DNA from: Azolla caroliniana
Taxonomy: Eukaryota; Plantae; Polypodiophyta
DNA length: 64,000 nucleotides
Direction: 5' to 3'
NCBI GenBank assembly: GCA_043228905.1
Contig: JBHGNT010000017.1
Span: 9,982,001-10,046,000, forward strand
A program made the position numbers and the translations under genes. How positions within the stretch are numbered: the stretch's first letter is position 1; the number at the start of each line of letters is the position of its first letter. Positions 48,501-62,025 of this stretch are shown here, one piece after another. The notes under the pieces are model-generated. The model was not told where the DNA came from. It did no database searches and worked only from the letters and a program-made list of their open reading frames with translations.

Positions 48501-51500
48501 TGTAGATCTTGAAGCCGCTGGTAGTTGACGTGGCCTATCTGCTTGTGCCACAAGTCGATGTCCAACTCGGATTTTTGTCCTTTCGCGAACATTGCGGTGC
48601 CACCGTCAGTGGAGTCGAGGATGAACATCCTCCTGTCTCTGCGCCCTTGCGCAATCACATGGCCTTCTTCCTCAATGAAGCACCCAAGGTGTGTAAACCG
48701 AACCTCCATCCCTTGGTGGACGATCTGTCCGACCGAGACCAAGTTCTTCGTGATTGTCGGAATGTGCAGCATGTTCACGAGTTTCCCTTTCTGCTCAACA
48801 TGGGTAAGGGGAACTTCTCCGACATTCGCGATCGGATGCGGAGTGTCGTCTCCAGTTGCAACTACTCCAGGTTGTATTGGTTTTTCAAGGTACGAGAACC
48901 ACTCCTTATGGCTCGTCATGTGGTTTGACGCTCTGGAGTCTACGTACCACACCTCGTCCGATCTCGGGGTGGTCTATTTTATTGAGTTTGCTTCGTGTCT
49001 TGTCACGAAGGCAGACCCTTCTCCGGCTCTCCCGGAGTCTTCGGCGTAGTGTGATCGTTGCCGATTTCCCTTGTCGGTATGTCCGTAGCCGTTTTCGGAA
49101 CCGGTTCTCTCCGAATCGGCGCGCTTCTTCCAGCACTCACTTTCCCTGTGGCCTTTCTTGCCACAGTACCAACACTCCGCGATGGCCATCCCTTGCCGGT
49201 TCTCATCGCTTCGACTCCCCCTGTTTCCGGAGGGTCCGGAGTAGCTGTCGGCATCACTTCGGTGCCTTGTTCTTTGATCTCGTCGGCCACCTCCATTGCG
49301 CGCCGACTCGCCTCGTCCTCCACGTCCACGGGGCCTATCTCCCTCTGTGTACAACATTCTGCTGTCGGTGTGCGTGCTTGTAGACGCACCCGCGTGGTTC
49401 CCCTCTGCCAGGAGCATTGACTGTAAGTCGAAAAAGGATGGCGTATTCTCTCGGGTACACACAACCGTTTGGAACGCTCCGAACTTTGACGCCAAACCTC
49501 TGAGACAAATCTAGACCATCTCGCTCTCCTCGATGTTCACCTCTATGGAGGCGAGGGAGTCGCAGATATCCTTGATCTTTGAGGTATAGTCAGCCACCGA
49601 CAAGTCGCGTTGTCGTAGGTTGCTCAACTCCTGTCGGAGCTGAAGCTTCCTGGCTGTGGTGCTCGCGGCAGAAATCTTCTTCAGATTTTCCCACGCACCC
49701 TTCGGCGTCTTTGCATCCCGAACATAGCTCAATAGTTGTTCGCCCACACACGACACGAAGCAGTATAATACCCTGCTCGCCGATTGCTCCCACGACGGGA
49801 AGTCTCTGTGTGTTGATTCGGGTGCCGCGTCATTAGCTCCTTCGACATAACTCCAGTAGCCGTGCCCGAGCAGGTACTGGTGCATCTTGTAGGACCAAGA
49901 CGCGTAGTTGGTTCTGTCGAGCTTCTCTGTTGGATGCGAGCTCGCCATGCCTCTATCCATCGTTGTTCTTGTTCTTCTTCGTCAAGCTGTGTCGGCTGCA
50001 GAGAGGTTCTCAACCCTCGCGCTCTGATACCATGTGAAAAGTAACGTGCGGAAGCAAGTGTGAAGACCGAACAGGAGGAAGAAAACTCAGGTTCAATGGA
50101 GAGCTTGAGCTTATGCAGTATATGCGAGAGAGACAGAGAGAGTGAGAGAGAGAGAGAGAGAAAACACACGAACTATATTGAACAACAACAACAATCTCTA
50201 TTCACCACACTCTGTACATATGTGTGTTCAATGAACACTTTTATACAAGTCCTAGAAGGACGGACCTAAGTATTGACAATACTTCAATACTCATTAAGAG
50301 CTCCTACACTAACTCCCAAATATATTCCTCACGGAATATCTTTCCTATTGGCCTCCCGGTTTACGCACTCGGCCTAACCGATCGGTCCCAACCGATCCGG
50401 TCCTCGGCTTCTTCAACCGATCCGGCTGATGTTGAGCTTGTCTCTCAACAAATGGGCCCAGTTCTTTTAATGAAGTATAAAACCAATCGAATGGGAGTTC
50501 GTAACTCTAAGCTAGAGGAGTTGTGGTATGTGGATTTTGGAGCTTCGAACCACATGAAGAACAATGCAAAATGGTTCTCCTTTTCCATGGAGAAGACGGA
50601 GTAGCCAGGAGTTGTCGAAACCGGTGACAACACCGTGCATCCCATCAAGCATGTGGGTGATGTACCGTTTAGTCATGTTGTACAGAAAGGACTTATGCAG
50701 AATGTGCTGCATGTCCCTACGATTGCAAAGAATTTAGTTTTTGTTGGACAAACCATTGATCAGGGAAGGCAAATACGGTTTAGTGACCATTGCTACTTCA
50801 TTGAGGATGAGGGCTGACTGTTGGTGCATGGGCGTAAAGACGGGAGGATGTTTGTCTTCGAGACAAATGATGTTGGTACTGCATTGTTTGCAAGTGTACA
50901 GAAGGTTGAATCCAACATTAACCTGTGGCACAAGAGGGTCGACCACATCAACTATTCGAAGTTTTAAGAGTTGCAGTAGAAACAGGTGGTAGTCGGACCA
51001 CAACGGTTCATTGGTTGGAAAGGCCAGGTATGTGAACCTTGCTAGCTTGAGAAGCAACATAGGCTTCCATTCCCCAATGAGAAGAATCAGAGCTGGAATC
51101 GGCTCGATCTATTCCACATGGATGCATGGGGATCGGCACAATGTGTGAGCATAAGGAGGGGGGGGGGATACTTCGTCTCTGTCATCGACGATTTTAGCTG
51201 TCACACTTAGGTCTACCTGATTGAGAAGAAGAGTGAAGTCTTCTCATGTTTTTGGGATCGAAAGAGCCTTGTCAAATAGGAAACTAGGAAGAAGATCAAA
51301 TGTTTGAGATCGGATGGTGGAAAAGAATACTTTTCCGGCCAGTTCAAGAGTTATCTACAGAAAAAGGGAATTCGGAGGGAGTTCTCCTATAGATACTTGC
51401 CAGAGTAGAATGGCCTAACCGAATGACGGAACCAGAAGATGATAAAAGTTGTTTGGGCAATGCTGGAAGGGAAGAGCATGCCCAAGTTCTACTAGGCTGA

Positions 51501-51530
51501 AGCAATTTGGACGATCATCTATATTCAGAA
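45590..51530 (+). mobile_element. Old degenerate Copia A-related relic (knuckle 45590-45700; protease/integrase 50451-51530) hosting the 45709-50450 element
   Basis: GKATTDCWYYGRKGH; LWYVDFGASNHM; RSDGGKEYFSGQF. Confidence 0.7.
45709..50450 (-). mobile_element. Copia family A copy, 3'-truncated; 5' LTR 50033-50450
   Basis: PBS tggtatcagagc at 50021-50032; near-continuous gag-pol 49960 to 45709 with few stops (LYVDD, RTKHIEVHYHF). Confidence 0.92.
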
Positions 51531-52100
51531 AACATGTTCGTGTTCAGAAGTGGAAGGATCGTGCACAATTGGAAGGATAGGGAATATTCCGTTACATTTC
51601 AGGTTGTTTTTAACCATCTCACAAAAAATGTGATACCTGTATCACATGCGCTCAAAGACTCAATGGAAAAGCTTAAAATATCACCATGTCATAAAATTGA
51701 AAACTCACAAAATTAGGCAAATGGAAGAATTTTACAACATGTTTTTTACCGTAAAAATAACAACTCATGTTTTTTATAACAAACAATATTCACAATGAGC
51801 AATTGATTTAAAAAAAATTAAGCTTTATATCATTTGAGTTCCTACAAGCTTATATTGTTAAGTGTTCATGCCACAAAATACAATCAAGAGTTATTCCTCC
51901 CATAAGAATCGCTACTATAGAACCTAGTGTACAATAGGGAGTCATGCTCCTCGTCATCAGACGTACCAATCAAAGCATTGTCTTCATCTAAAAGCAAATG
52001 TTGTGACTCCAAATCATGTATAGAAGATCTGGTCTGCCTTGGATTTGAGATTGCTCTTTTATTATGTCTATTGTTGACTTCCTTAAACGTTGAGCTTTTG

Positions 52101-55100
52101 TTAGTGTAAAGTCGTACACAATGATATCGACATCTCATATGTCAAGGGTCGATGTGTTATAGATATTTCTTTTCCTCTTGACGTTGGGCATTCCATCATC
52201 TCTAATGTATACTTGCATGTGAATGCATTCTTTCTTTTAGTATTGTACCAATGCACCTTTGTTGACTTTATCTGATTTTGGCTTTCATGCATCACCATGT
52301 ACAATACTTTATCAATCCAAAATTGGTGACCCATGTCATTGTCATCTGCAGGTGTGGCAATTAACATCCCAACCTTTATTTCTTGTGTGTTTCCTTGCCA
52401 ACGAGCTTCTGCTGCTTTTGTCATCCTCGGTCCCTCTCTGTTGTGGATGGAGCAAGTTGTCAAGATCCACATTAGTTGCACGCGGTGAAGTTTGAGAATT
52501 AGGCATGTGTTGTATAGACCACATAAATGGTATTTGCAAGGGCCACATACCAATGAAGGAATTATCAATAATTCCTCGTTCATCACTAAAGAACATGTCC
52601 CACCATGAGGTATCTTGTGGTCCAACATACTTCTTTGCATTATCAATATGATTCCTTTTGTCCTGTAAGGCTTACATCCAAAAGTTCCTTTGTTCATCTA
52701 CCAAGTCACTGTGCATTTCCTTTTTAGTCTCAATGGGCATTTGTTTTGCACAATGAATAGTAGTTACAAATGTCATTTGAAGCAAGAACTGGCAACCGCC
52801 TTCTGGATCCCACTGTGGGGAAGATGAATATTCCTTTGCATGAAACAATGTACAACCACTTATATCATTTTTCTTTATCAAGACCACGTGATTGAAGCTA
52901 ATATTGTTTAATTGGGCTAACGCTTTCACATTCTCCTCCCCACCATCTGCTATGTATCTCTTAAAGTCGTATATCTCCCTTAAGTGGAGCACATTCGGAC
53001 ATGGAGTATATGCATCACAAATGACATCAAATAACTTTTGTAATGTGAAAGCATCATATTGAGACAATTGTGTAGATAATGTACTGAAGATATAATCAAT
53101 ATGGTCATGTGTGTGACCAACCAGAATGAAGTTAACTTTAACTTTCCCAAACACTCCCTGTTCCACCAACATGCTCAAATATCAGAAGAAAATTGAATTC
53201 TTGTTCTCTCTAGCAGTGTTGTCCAATTCAATGTAGAGAATAAGGGGCAATGGGTGCCCCAATTCATCAGAACACTTTGAATAACAATAATTGCTAGGTT
53301 GGGGTCGTTGTGGACATTCGGGTAAGTAAGGAAGACATGAGGTTTAATTGTTCCATTATAAGCCAAACAACCCACCAAGTGCATCTGAACGAGACATTCA
53401 TCATTGATGTCTTTAGGAAGCCTCCTAAGGTGAGGTACACACGTCTTCTTATTCTGGTTTCTTAAACGACTTCTCTTTGTTGTGCGTTGCTTTTTTCTGC
53501 TCCAGTGCTTGTGTTTCTCGATGGTCCTATAACAATTGTTTATTGATGTCCTTCTCCTTTGTTGTTTTAGCAACTTTAGTCATGCTCTTCAAGTTTGCAC
53601 AAATAGAATAATACCCCGTGCGTACTTTCCGAGGTATGACAACATTAGTGAGTTATGTTGACCACAATCTTGTGAACTGACTGTAGGTGACATATTTATC
53701 ACTTGACGTTAACATATCCGATCTATAGGCATCATATACTTCTCGTCGTGTGTAATTATCTGAAAGATGCAACCTACTAGTACTTGGCATTACTTCACAA
53801 TTAAGGTTGGAGTAGTTCTTCATCCAACAGATTGCATTTCTTCCGGATGCAACCTTCATACTGCCGGGAACTCAAACGCTCCCTATACGCAACGCTCGGC
53901 CACAACCGAGCTTAGAATCATACACAGACAAACGGGAAATAAAACACGACACGAAGAAGAAACCCAAAGAGGGAAAAACCACGGCAGCCCACAGGCTGCA
54001 AACTATTACTATGCTAGAATGTACAACAGTGAGTTCACGGAGGCAACGACCTCGTGCTCACGATCCTCGCCACAGGCGGCGGTTACAATAGAGGCAACGA
54101 CCTCTTTCTCTCTCTCTCTCTCTCTCTGTACACAGTTACGCGCTCTATCTATTCTTGCACCAACAAGAATGACAACAACAACAACAGTCATAAGTTTGCC
54201 CTAAGTCATATTTATACTAATATGACTTTTCGGCTATTTACAAATATAGCCTCGATGGACTCTCAGAAACATATTTACGAATATGTCTCTTCATCCGGTG
54301 AGCATTCGTCACCGGGTCTGCACCATCCGGCTCTCCGTAGCCGGGTACTCCTCATCCGGTTCTCACCGGGCCTGCACCATCCGGCTCTGTTCTTCTCCCT
54401 TCCCATCCGGAGGGACCTGTCTCCCAACACATACTTGGAACGTCGTCGCCATCGACATTGAGATCACCATTGAGAACTCGTTGTTGCACTCTATGTAATC
54501 TCATGTTGCTAACACATAATGAAAACTTGAATGCCACTCTACAACATTGTAATCCATTGACGATATAATACTCAAATGAGATCTTAATGTCTGACAATAT
54601 GTCCTTCACCATCTACATCTTCGTTGCAAGATAGTGTCTTGCTTATCACTAGTGAGTGAGAAATAGTATTGCCTTAATGACCGTAACTTATCCTTCCCAA
54701 TTGTAGACATGCACCCACGTGCACAACAATCTTTGCCGATATCTACTCTAAGTTGGTTCTTAGATGTCACAAGGGCAAACCTATCTCGGTTGTTTTGACA
54801 TGGAACCCTCGTAAAATGCATAGGGCTTGTCGATTGGATTTCTTCTACACATACATTAGTTGGCTCATTTTGTTCATTTACTTCGGAATGTGCAACACCC
54901 ACAATACTTGTGGCAGCTTGATTGTCATTCTCTTCATAGGTTAGATCCTCATTGTTTTTGTACTCATTAATCGAGAACTCATGACTTAGGGCGATAGTTG
55001 ATGGTGACTGAGTATTTGGTGTCCATGCGCAATATTCTTCGACAATAAAAGGTGATCCTATCAAAATAGGATATGTATCCACTAAAAATGGTGAGTTTTC

Positions 55101-55142
55101 GCTCATTCTCTCAAACTCTGAAGATCCTGTCAAACGATTCAC
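52101..55142 (-). pseudogene. Sola1-like DDD DNA transposase, degenerate, split by a solo LTR
   Basis: LYIELDNTARENKN..VKVNFILVGHTHDHIDYIFS; Cys-rich N-terminus (DCCARGC, CCRVAF); YSQFTRLW; reading rejoins across 53862-54429. Confidence 0.65.
53862..54429 (-). mobile_element. Solo LTR, Copia family B
   Basis: TG..CA ends; perfect TSD catac (53857-53861 and 54430-54434). Confidence 0.92.
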
Positions 55143-55549
55143 TATTGTTCAAATGAGGTGCTCTGTACAATATAAGAAAGCATATAACAAATGACTGAAG
55201 GTAAACACATACCTATCAATATAAAAATATAATTTAAAAGAAATCACATTAAATATATATATATATATTGTCGTTTAATACGCAGAATAATCTCCGGCAA
55301 CAACCGAAGGGTAAATCACTTGATACAATCGAACACAGCAGAAATGGGAATGGAGGTAAGTGCACGAACAAACAAAAGAGAATACACAGGATATTAACGT
55401 GGAAAACCCTGAGAAGGAAAAACCACGGGAGTCCACAGACTCCAAACTATCACTATGTAAAGTAATACAATAGGGAGCACAGAGGCAAGGACCTCTTGCT
55501 CACAATCTTCGCCTCGCGGCGGTTACAACAGAGACACAATCTCTGTATG

Positions 55550-55599
<50 letters not shown>

Positions 55600-55770
55600 G
55601 CATTGTATAGAGCTTACACCAAACAACAACTCACATTGAGTTTGCCCTAGGTCATATTTATACTAATATGACTTTCGGGCTATTTACAAATATAGCCCTA
55701 GTGGGCTCTCTGGAACATATTTACATATATGTCCCTTCCATCCGATGAGAGGTTCTCACCGGGCCTGCAA

Positions 55771-55980
55771 CATCCGGTTCTCACCGGCTCTTCCGTTGTC
55801 GGGTACTCCACATTCGGTTCTCACCGGGTCTTCCGTTGCCGGTTACGCCACATCCGGTTCTCACCGTGTCTTCCATTGCCGGGTACGCCACATCCGGTTC
55901 TTACCGGGTCTTCTGTTGCCGGGTACACCACATCTGGTTCTCACCGGGTCTTCCGTTGCCGGGTATGCCACATCCGGATT
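55771..55980. repeat. 40-bp tandem repeat in Copia B LTR (also 60842-61050)
   Basis: Unit catccggttctcaccgggtcttccgttgccgggtacgcca, about 5 copies. Confidence 0.9.
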
Positions 55981-58315
55981 CTTCTCACGGTTCTTCTCAC
56001 TTCCCATCCAGAGGGACCTATTTCCTAACAAACTCCCCCTTCACTCCGGCATGGGATGTCTTACTAGTCCGATCCGCTTCTGACATGCATCCAACTTGTC
56101 GGGCATCAGTACTTTGGTCAGCATATCTGACCCGTCCTCGGCCGTGTGGATCTTCGTCAGCGCGAACTCTTGATCTTCTACTCGCTCCCGGATCCAGTGA
56201 TACCTACGTTGGATGTGCTTCGTCCTAGAATGGTACACTGCGTTCTTAGCAAGGTGGATGACACTTTGACTGTCGCAATAGAGCCGATATTCATCTTGCC
56301 GGATACCGAGCTCTCCGATGAAGTCCTTCATCCATAATATTTCCTTGCCGGCTTCAATAGCCGCCATGTACTCCACCCTCCGCCTCCGTGGTTGACAATG
56401 CTACCGTCTTCTGCAGCCTCGACTGCCACGAAACAGCTCCCCTAGCATATGTCATTACATACCCGGATGTAGTCCGGTTGGTATCCACATCAGCCGACAT
56501 ATGCGAATCGGTAAAAATGTCAAGTTGAGTTTTACCGAAGCCAAATTGGAGACACATATTCAAAGTGCCCTTCAAGTACCGGAGTATCCATTTGACCGCG
56601 TTCCAGTGCTCCTTGCCGGGATTGCTCATAAATCGGCTCACCACTCCGACTGCGTCACCAATATCCGGTCGATTACACACCATTGTGTACATTAAGCTCC
56701 CGACGGCAGAGGCATATGGCACCTTCATCATATCCGCCTTCTCTGCTTTCGTCTTCGGGCTTTGCTTACCAGATAATCTGCAGTTTGCCGGAAGTGTCGG
56801 TCTGACCGGTTTCGCGTCTAACATGTTGAACCACTGAAGCACCTTTGTCACGTACTTCTCCTGTGACAACCATAATTGCTTCTTTGGCCGGTCCCGGATG
56901 ATATACATCCCCAGCATCTGTCTTGCCAGACCCAAGTCTTTCATTGCGAAAGTTCGGTTGAGAGCCTTCTTCAGCATCCGTATTTTGGCTTGGTCCCGTC
57001 CGACGATCAACATGTCGTCCACGTACAGAAGGAGTATCAGGAAGTTGCCTCCTTCGAAATTCTTCACAAACACGGAGTGATCGGCTTGCGTCTTGTGGTA
57101 CCCTTGATTGGTCATGAAGGAGTCGAACTTCCGGTACCATTGTCGGGGAGCTTGCTTCAGTCCGTACATGCTCTTCTTCAACCAGCAAACCAGGTGCTCT
57201 TTCCCTTTCTCCATGAATCCTTCCGGTTGCTGCATGTTGATCTCCTCTTCGAGGTCACTGTGAAGGAATGCCGTCTTCACGTCCAGCTGCTCTACCTCAA
57301 GGTCCATGCTTGCCGCTATACTTAGCACCGTCCGGATGGAGGTCATCTTTACTACCGCGGCAAATATCTCGTCGAAGACCACACCCTTCTTCTGTTGGAA
57401 CCCCTTCACCACGATCCTGGCTTTGTATCTCGGGGGGTTGCCGGCATCTCCCTATTCATCTTGTACACCCACTTGTTTCGGAGTGCCCGCTTTCCTTTCA
57501 GCAACTCCACCAATTCGTACGTATGGTTCTGATGCAGGGAATCCATCTCATCCTGCATGGCACTTAACTATTTGCGGCTATGGGCGTCACTTTTGGCTTC
57601 CTCGAAGCTTTCTAGCTCCCCCTCATCGGTTAGCAACACATGTTTTGCATCTAGAAATCTCTGGGGGGGGGCTTCTCTCTCTGAGAGGATATCTCCGTAT
57701 TTGGCTTTCGGCAACCGGCTCCTCTATTTGTTCTTCATCCAAATCCGATTCGGGGTCTTGGCCGGTTCCGATTTCACCTATTCCTTCTTCTTTGGCCTGT
57801 CTTGTCTCGTTACCGTCACTGGCCGGTTCATCGAGTGCTAACCGGTCTCTTGATGGTTGGGTCTGCTCATCGTAGAATCGATCCTTACGGGTCGACTCAG
57901 AGTTCATTATCTTCTTCTCCGACTCCCAATCGGCGAGCGTCTTGTCCTCCATGAAGATAATATCTCGACTCCGGAATACCTTCTTGTCGGCCAGGTCCCT
58001 CACTCGGTAGCCGAACTCATCCTCGCCGTAACCGAGGAATATGCATGGCCGGGTCTTCGGATCTAATTTTCCTCTCCGGTCCTTAGCTACATGCACATAT
58101 GCAAGACACCCGAATACCTTCAGATGCCGGTAGGACACTTCCTTACCGGTCCAGACTCTCTGTGGCGTGTGTCCGTCCAAGGGTACTGAGGGTGATCTGT
58201 TTATCATATATTTCGCCGTTGACAGTGCCTCAGCCCAAAACTTCTTGGGTAGTTTTGCATGCGGTAGCATACTCTGGACCCTCTCCATTATGGTCCGGTT
58301 CATCCTCTCAGCTAG

Positions 58316-59303
58316 CAAAAGAGAAAATTGTGAAAGGAAAAGAGAAAATTGTGAGATATCCCACATAGGCACGACAAATACGGCTCTCATCATATATAAG
58401 GTAGAGCAAAAGATATTATCTTTGTGTCTATGTGTGGAGCATAGAGAGTTCAAGGTAACTTGAACTAAGAGTGGAGGTGGGCTAGCTACTCGTAAAGGGT
58501 TTTGGCCAACCAAAACCGGACCGGCGATGGAGCCAGTGAGACACTGGCATCCGACGACAATCTGGCGGCAGCATCCGGCAGCAATCCGGTGACGGCGAGG
58601 TGACGGTACCCGGCGACGGCCAGGCGGCGGCATCCAGTGACGGCGAGGCACCGGTATCCGGCGGCAACCGGCGACACACCGGTAACCGACGGCATCCGAC
58701 GAACCGGCGTCCGATGATTAGATAAATAAATATATAAATATATATACATATATACATATACAAGGAGGGCAAGTAAGGATTGGAACCTTGCACCTCTGAG
58801 TTAGGAGTCAATTGGCTTACCATTAAGCCATGCCATTTAGTTGATTTATATTTCTATCATTGTACTTTTACGTGTAAATTCTCATACATTAGAGCTAAAA
58901 TGAGTGACATGGTTATCATGCACCACATGTAATACATAAGCGCCAAATAGCAAGCATGCATTTTATGCATGTCTTGTACCCTCACATGCATCATATGCAT
59001 GAGAGCATCTATAAAAGAAGGAAGGGGGAGGAGAAAAAACGCGTTTTTTCTTTTTTGGTTATGAAATTAAGAAGAAGAAATTCGTTATCAAAATGATCGT
59101 GTAACTTGTTTCTTAAATCCAAAGATAAAAGTTCAATCAATCTCTCTCAATCGTTTAATCTCAACTTCTCTCTTTCCCAATCTATCTTAAATACTTTCTC
59201 GCCAAAGCTTGCGCCAAAGCTTGTACTGACTTTGAATCCTTCCGGTCCAGAACCTCGGCGGTTCCGCCTCACGATCCGCGCGTAGTGATGGATCTTCACG
59301 ACA
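58316..59303 (+). mobile_element. Truncated LTR related to the 7845 family, inserted in Copia B
   Basis: End reads tgtcgtgaagat on minus, identical to the terminus at 7845; TATAAAA at ~59010; adjacent Copia sequence is deleted. Confidence 0.65.
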
Positions 59304-61504
59304 CCGGTTGGTGTTGTCAACCACACGTCTCCTATGCCGACAATTCGGCATATACCTTCATTCCCCATCCAAACACAGCCGTGATCACCGGCTGAGTAGG
59401 ATGAGAAGCATTTCCGGTCCGGGGTAAGGTGGAACGATGCTCCGGAGTCGACCACCTAGGTCATCTCGTCGCCGGCAAGGTTTAGCTCACTCTCCTCGGT
59501 GATGAGCATCAACTCTTCTTCACTTTCCGCGATTGCCGTCGTTCCCTTTTGGTCCGCCCCCCTCCGGTCTTTACCGTTCCGGTCCGATGTCTGCTTCGAA
59601 TCGGTACCATCGGTTTCCTTGTCTTTTCGGAAGTGCCGACAGTTTTTCTGGAAGTGTCCCGGCTTGCCGCAATAGAAGCAGGTAGGCCTCCCCCTTGACT
59701 TTGACCGTGTCCCCAACATTTCCCGGTTCTGGGGACTATGATTCCTTTGTCTTCCGTGTTCTGATTCAGTAAGGAGCGCTTTGGAGTCGAAGCTCGTATC
59801 CTTATCTTTCTGACGCGCCTCCTTATCTAGCAAGCTCAAACTTCACTCTTGCTAGGGATAACCGTTTCCCTTCCGGCCCGGCGTTGCCCAAAGTGACAAC
59901 CAAAGTCTCCCAGCTATCTGGGAGGGAACCGAGTAGGAGTAGTACCTCATTAGCGAGAGGTACTTCCAATGATGTTGCCTGGTGGATCAGCCCCTAGAAG
60001 GCATTCATGTGCTCCGCCATGCTGGAGCCATCTTGGTACCGGAGTCTTACGAGCTTCCGAAATACCGAAACCTGATCTTCTCCCAGAGCTCATGAGCCTT
60101 GCTCTCTTCATTGAAGTTGTTGTATAGACTCATGTCGATGAAGCACCGTATGTACGCCGTTGTCTTCATGTGCATCACCTCCCATGTCGTGGCATCGATT
60201 TTGTCCGGTCTCTTGTCCCCGAACTGAACCGGCAACCAAAGATCTTTAACCACGAGCATGTCCGTCATCTTCGACTTCCACACTGAGTAATTGGAGCCGG
60301 TGAGCTTGAACATGCCTCCCAACGAATCGTCCATTTTTCTGTGTCAGTTCGCTCTGATACCAGTTTGTCGTTTAATACGCGGAATAATCTCCGGCAACAA
60401 CCGAAGGGTAAATCACTTGATACAATTGAACTCAGCAGAAATGGGAATGGAGGTAAGTGCACGAACAAACAAAAGAGAATACACAGGATATTAACGTGGA
60501 AAACCCTGAGAGGGAAAAACCACGGGAGTCCACAGACTCCGAAATATCACTATGTAAAGTAATACAATAGGGAGCACAGAGGCAAAGACCTCTTGCTCAC
60601 AATCTTCGCCTCGCGGCGGTTACAACTGAGACACAATCTCTGTATGTCGCTCTCTCTCTCTCTCCCTTACGCACTGTACAGAGGTTACACCAAACAACAA
60701 CTCACATTGAGTTTGCCCTAGGTCATATTTATACTAATATGACTTCCTGGCTATTTACAAATATAGCCCCAGTGGGCTCTCTGGAACATATTTACATATA
60801 TGTCCCTTCCATCCGATGAGAGGTTCTCACCGGGCCTACAACATCCAATTCTCACCGGGTCTTCCGTTGCCGGGTACTCCACATCCGGTTCTCACCGGGT
60901 TCTTCCGTTGCCGGGTACGCCACATCCGGTTCTCACCGAGTCTTCCGTTGCGGGGTACGCCACATCCGGTTCTCACCGGGTCTTCCGTTGCCGGGTACGC
61001 CACATACGGTTCTCACCGGGTCTTCCGTTGCCGGGTATGCCACATCCGGATTCTTCTCACGGTTCTTCTGACTTCCCATCCGGAGGGACCTATTTCCTAA
61101 CATATATAATCATATATATATATATATATATATAATCACATATATATATTGACATTATAACTAACTATATAACTAACCAAGGTCAAGTTTTAACTAACCT
61201 CACCTAATTTTTTGTGCCGTATATATAGCCGTGCTTTTTCTTTTTTCCCTACAGAGCGTGAGAGATAACACGAGACAAGACAACATGTCAAACCAACGAG
61301 CTAGAGATGAGAGCATACAACCCACGAGCATGACCAATGAGCGAGAGAGGAGACCATCACCGCCGCAACGACCATGCAGAAGACAACAGACACTTAACGA
61401 CCATGTCCTCCAAGAAGATGGCCTGATCGGATTCCATGTATGAAACCCTTATCTATACGGACACCTTCTCATTCATATCATTCTGCTTGTATAGCCATAT
61501 GAGC

Positions 61505-62025
61505 AACTCGATACTTGGTACCAAGTTGCTCCCCTTTTAGACCCCGTGTGGGCCCCAACTCGAACTCGATACCAAGTATCGAGTTGGGGTCTAAAGGGGG
61601 AGCAACTCGATACCAAGTATCCAGTTGGTATCGAGTTGTTCCCCCTTTAGACCCCAACTTGATACCAAGTATCGAGTTGCCACCCCTATGTATACAAACT
61701 CGATACTTGGTATCGAGTTGGGGACCATCTGGATACAAACTTGATATATGTGGAGCAACTCGATACCAAGTATCGAGTTTGTATACATATGGTCCGAAAC
61801 TTGATACCAAGTATCGAGTTTGTATACATATGGGCCCAAACTCGATACTTGGTATCGAGTTGGTACACATATTTGTACTAACTCTATTCTTGGTGTTCAG
61901 TTGGTACACATATGTGCCTCAACTCGATACTTGGTATCGAGTTCAAGCCCATATGTGGAGCAACTCGATACCAAGTATCGAATTTGTATACATATAGGCC
62001 CCAACTTGATACCACGTATCCAGTT
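61505..62025. repeat. Array of 23-bp palindromes separated by 18-bp spacers (41-bp period)
   Basis: aactcgatac-caa/ttg-gtatcgagtt, some copies degenerate, at 61505, 61563, 61604, 61656, 61697, 61757, 61798, 61839, 61880, 61921, 61962 and 62003. Confidence 0.9.

Larger units (their letters stand above)
55269..61102 (-). mobile_element. Copia family B element with both LTRs and an internal deletion/insertion
   Basis: LTRs 55269-56030 and 60366-61102; TSD tatat; PBS 60351-60362; PPT 56031-56043; gag starts 60334; RT/RNaseH 57412-56041 (LLYVDD). Confidence 0.93.

Noticed and set aside
57623-58651. 342-aa ORF as a novel gene
   Set aside because: Chance in-frame fusion of LTR sequence with Copia integrase.
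58766-58830. Functional tRNA-Arg gene
   Set aside because: No convincing acceptor stem and an altered T loop; kept only as a tRNA-like module.
61505-62025. True CRISPR array
   Set aside because: Eukaryotic context, no cas genes, spacers only 18 bp and related to each other, and repeat orientation flips.
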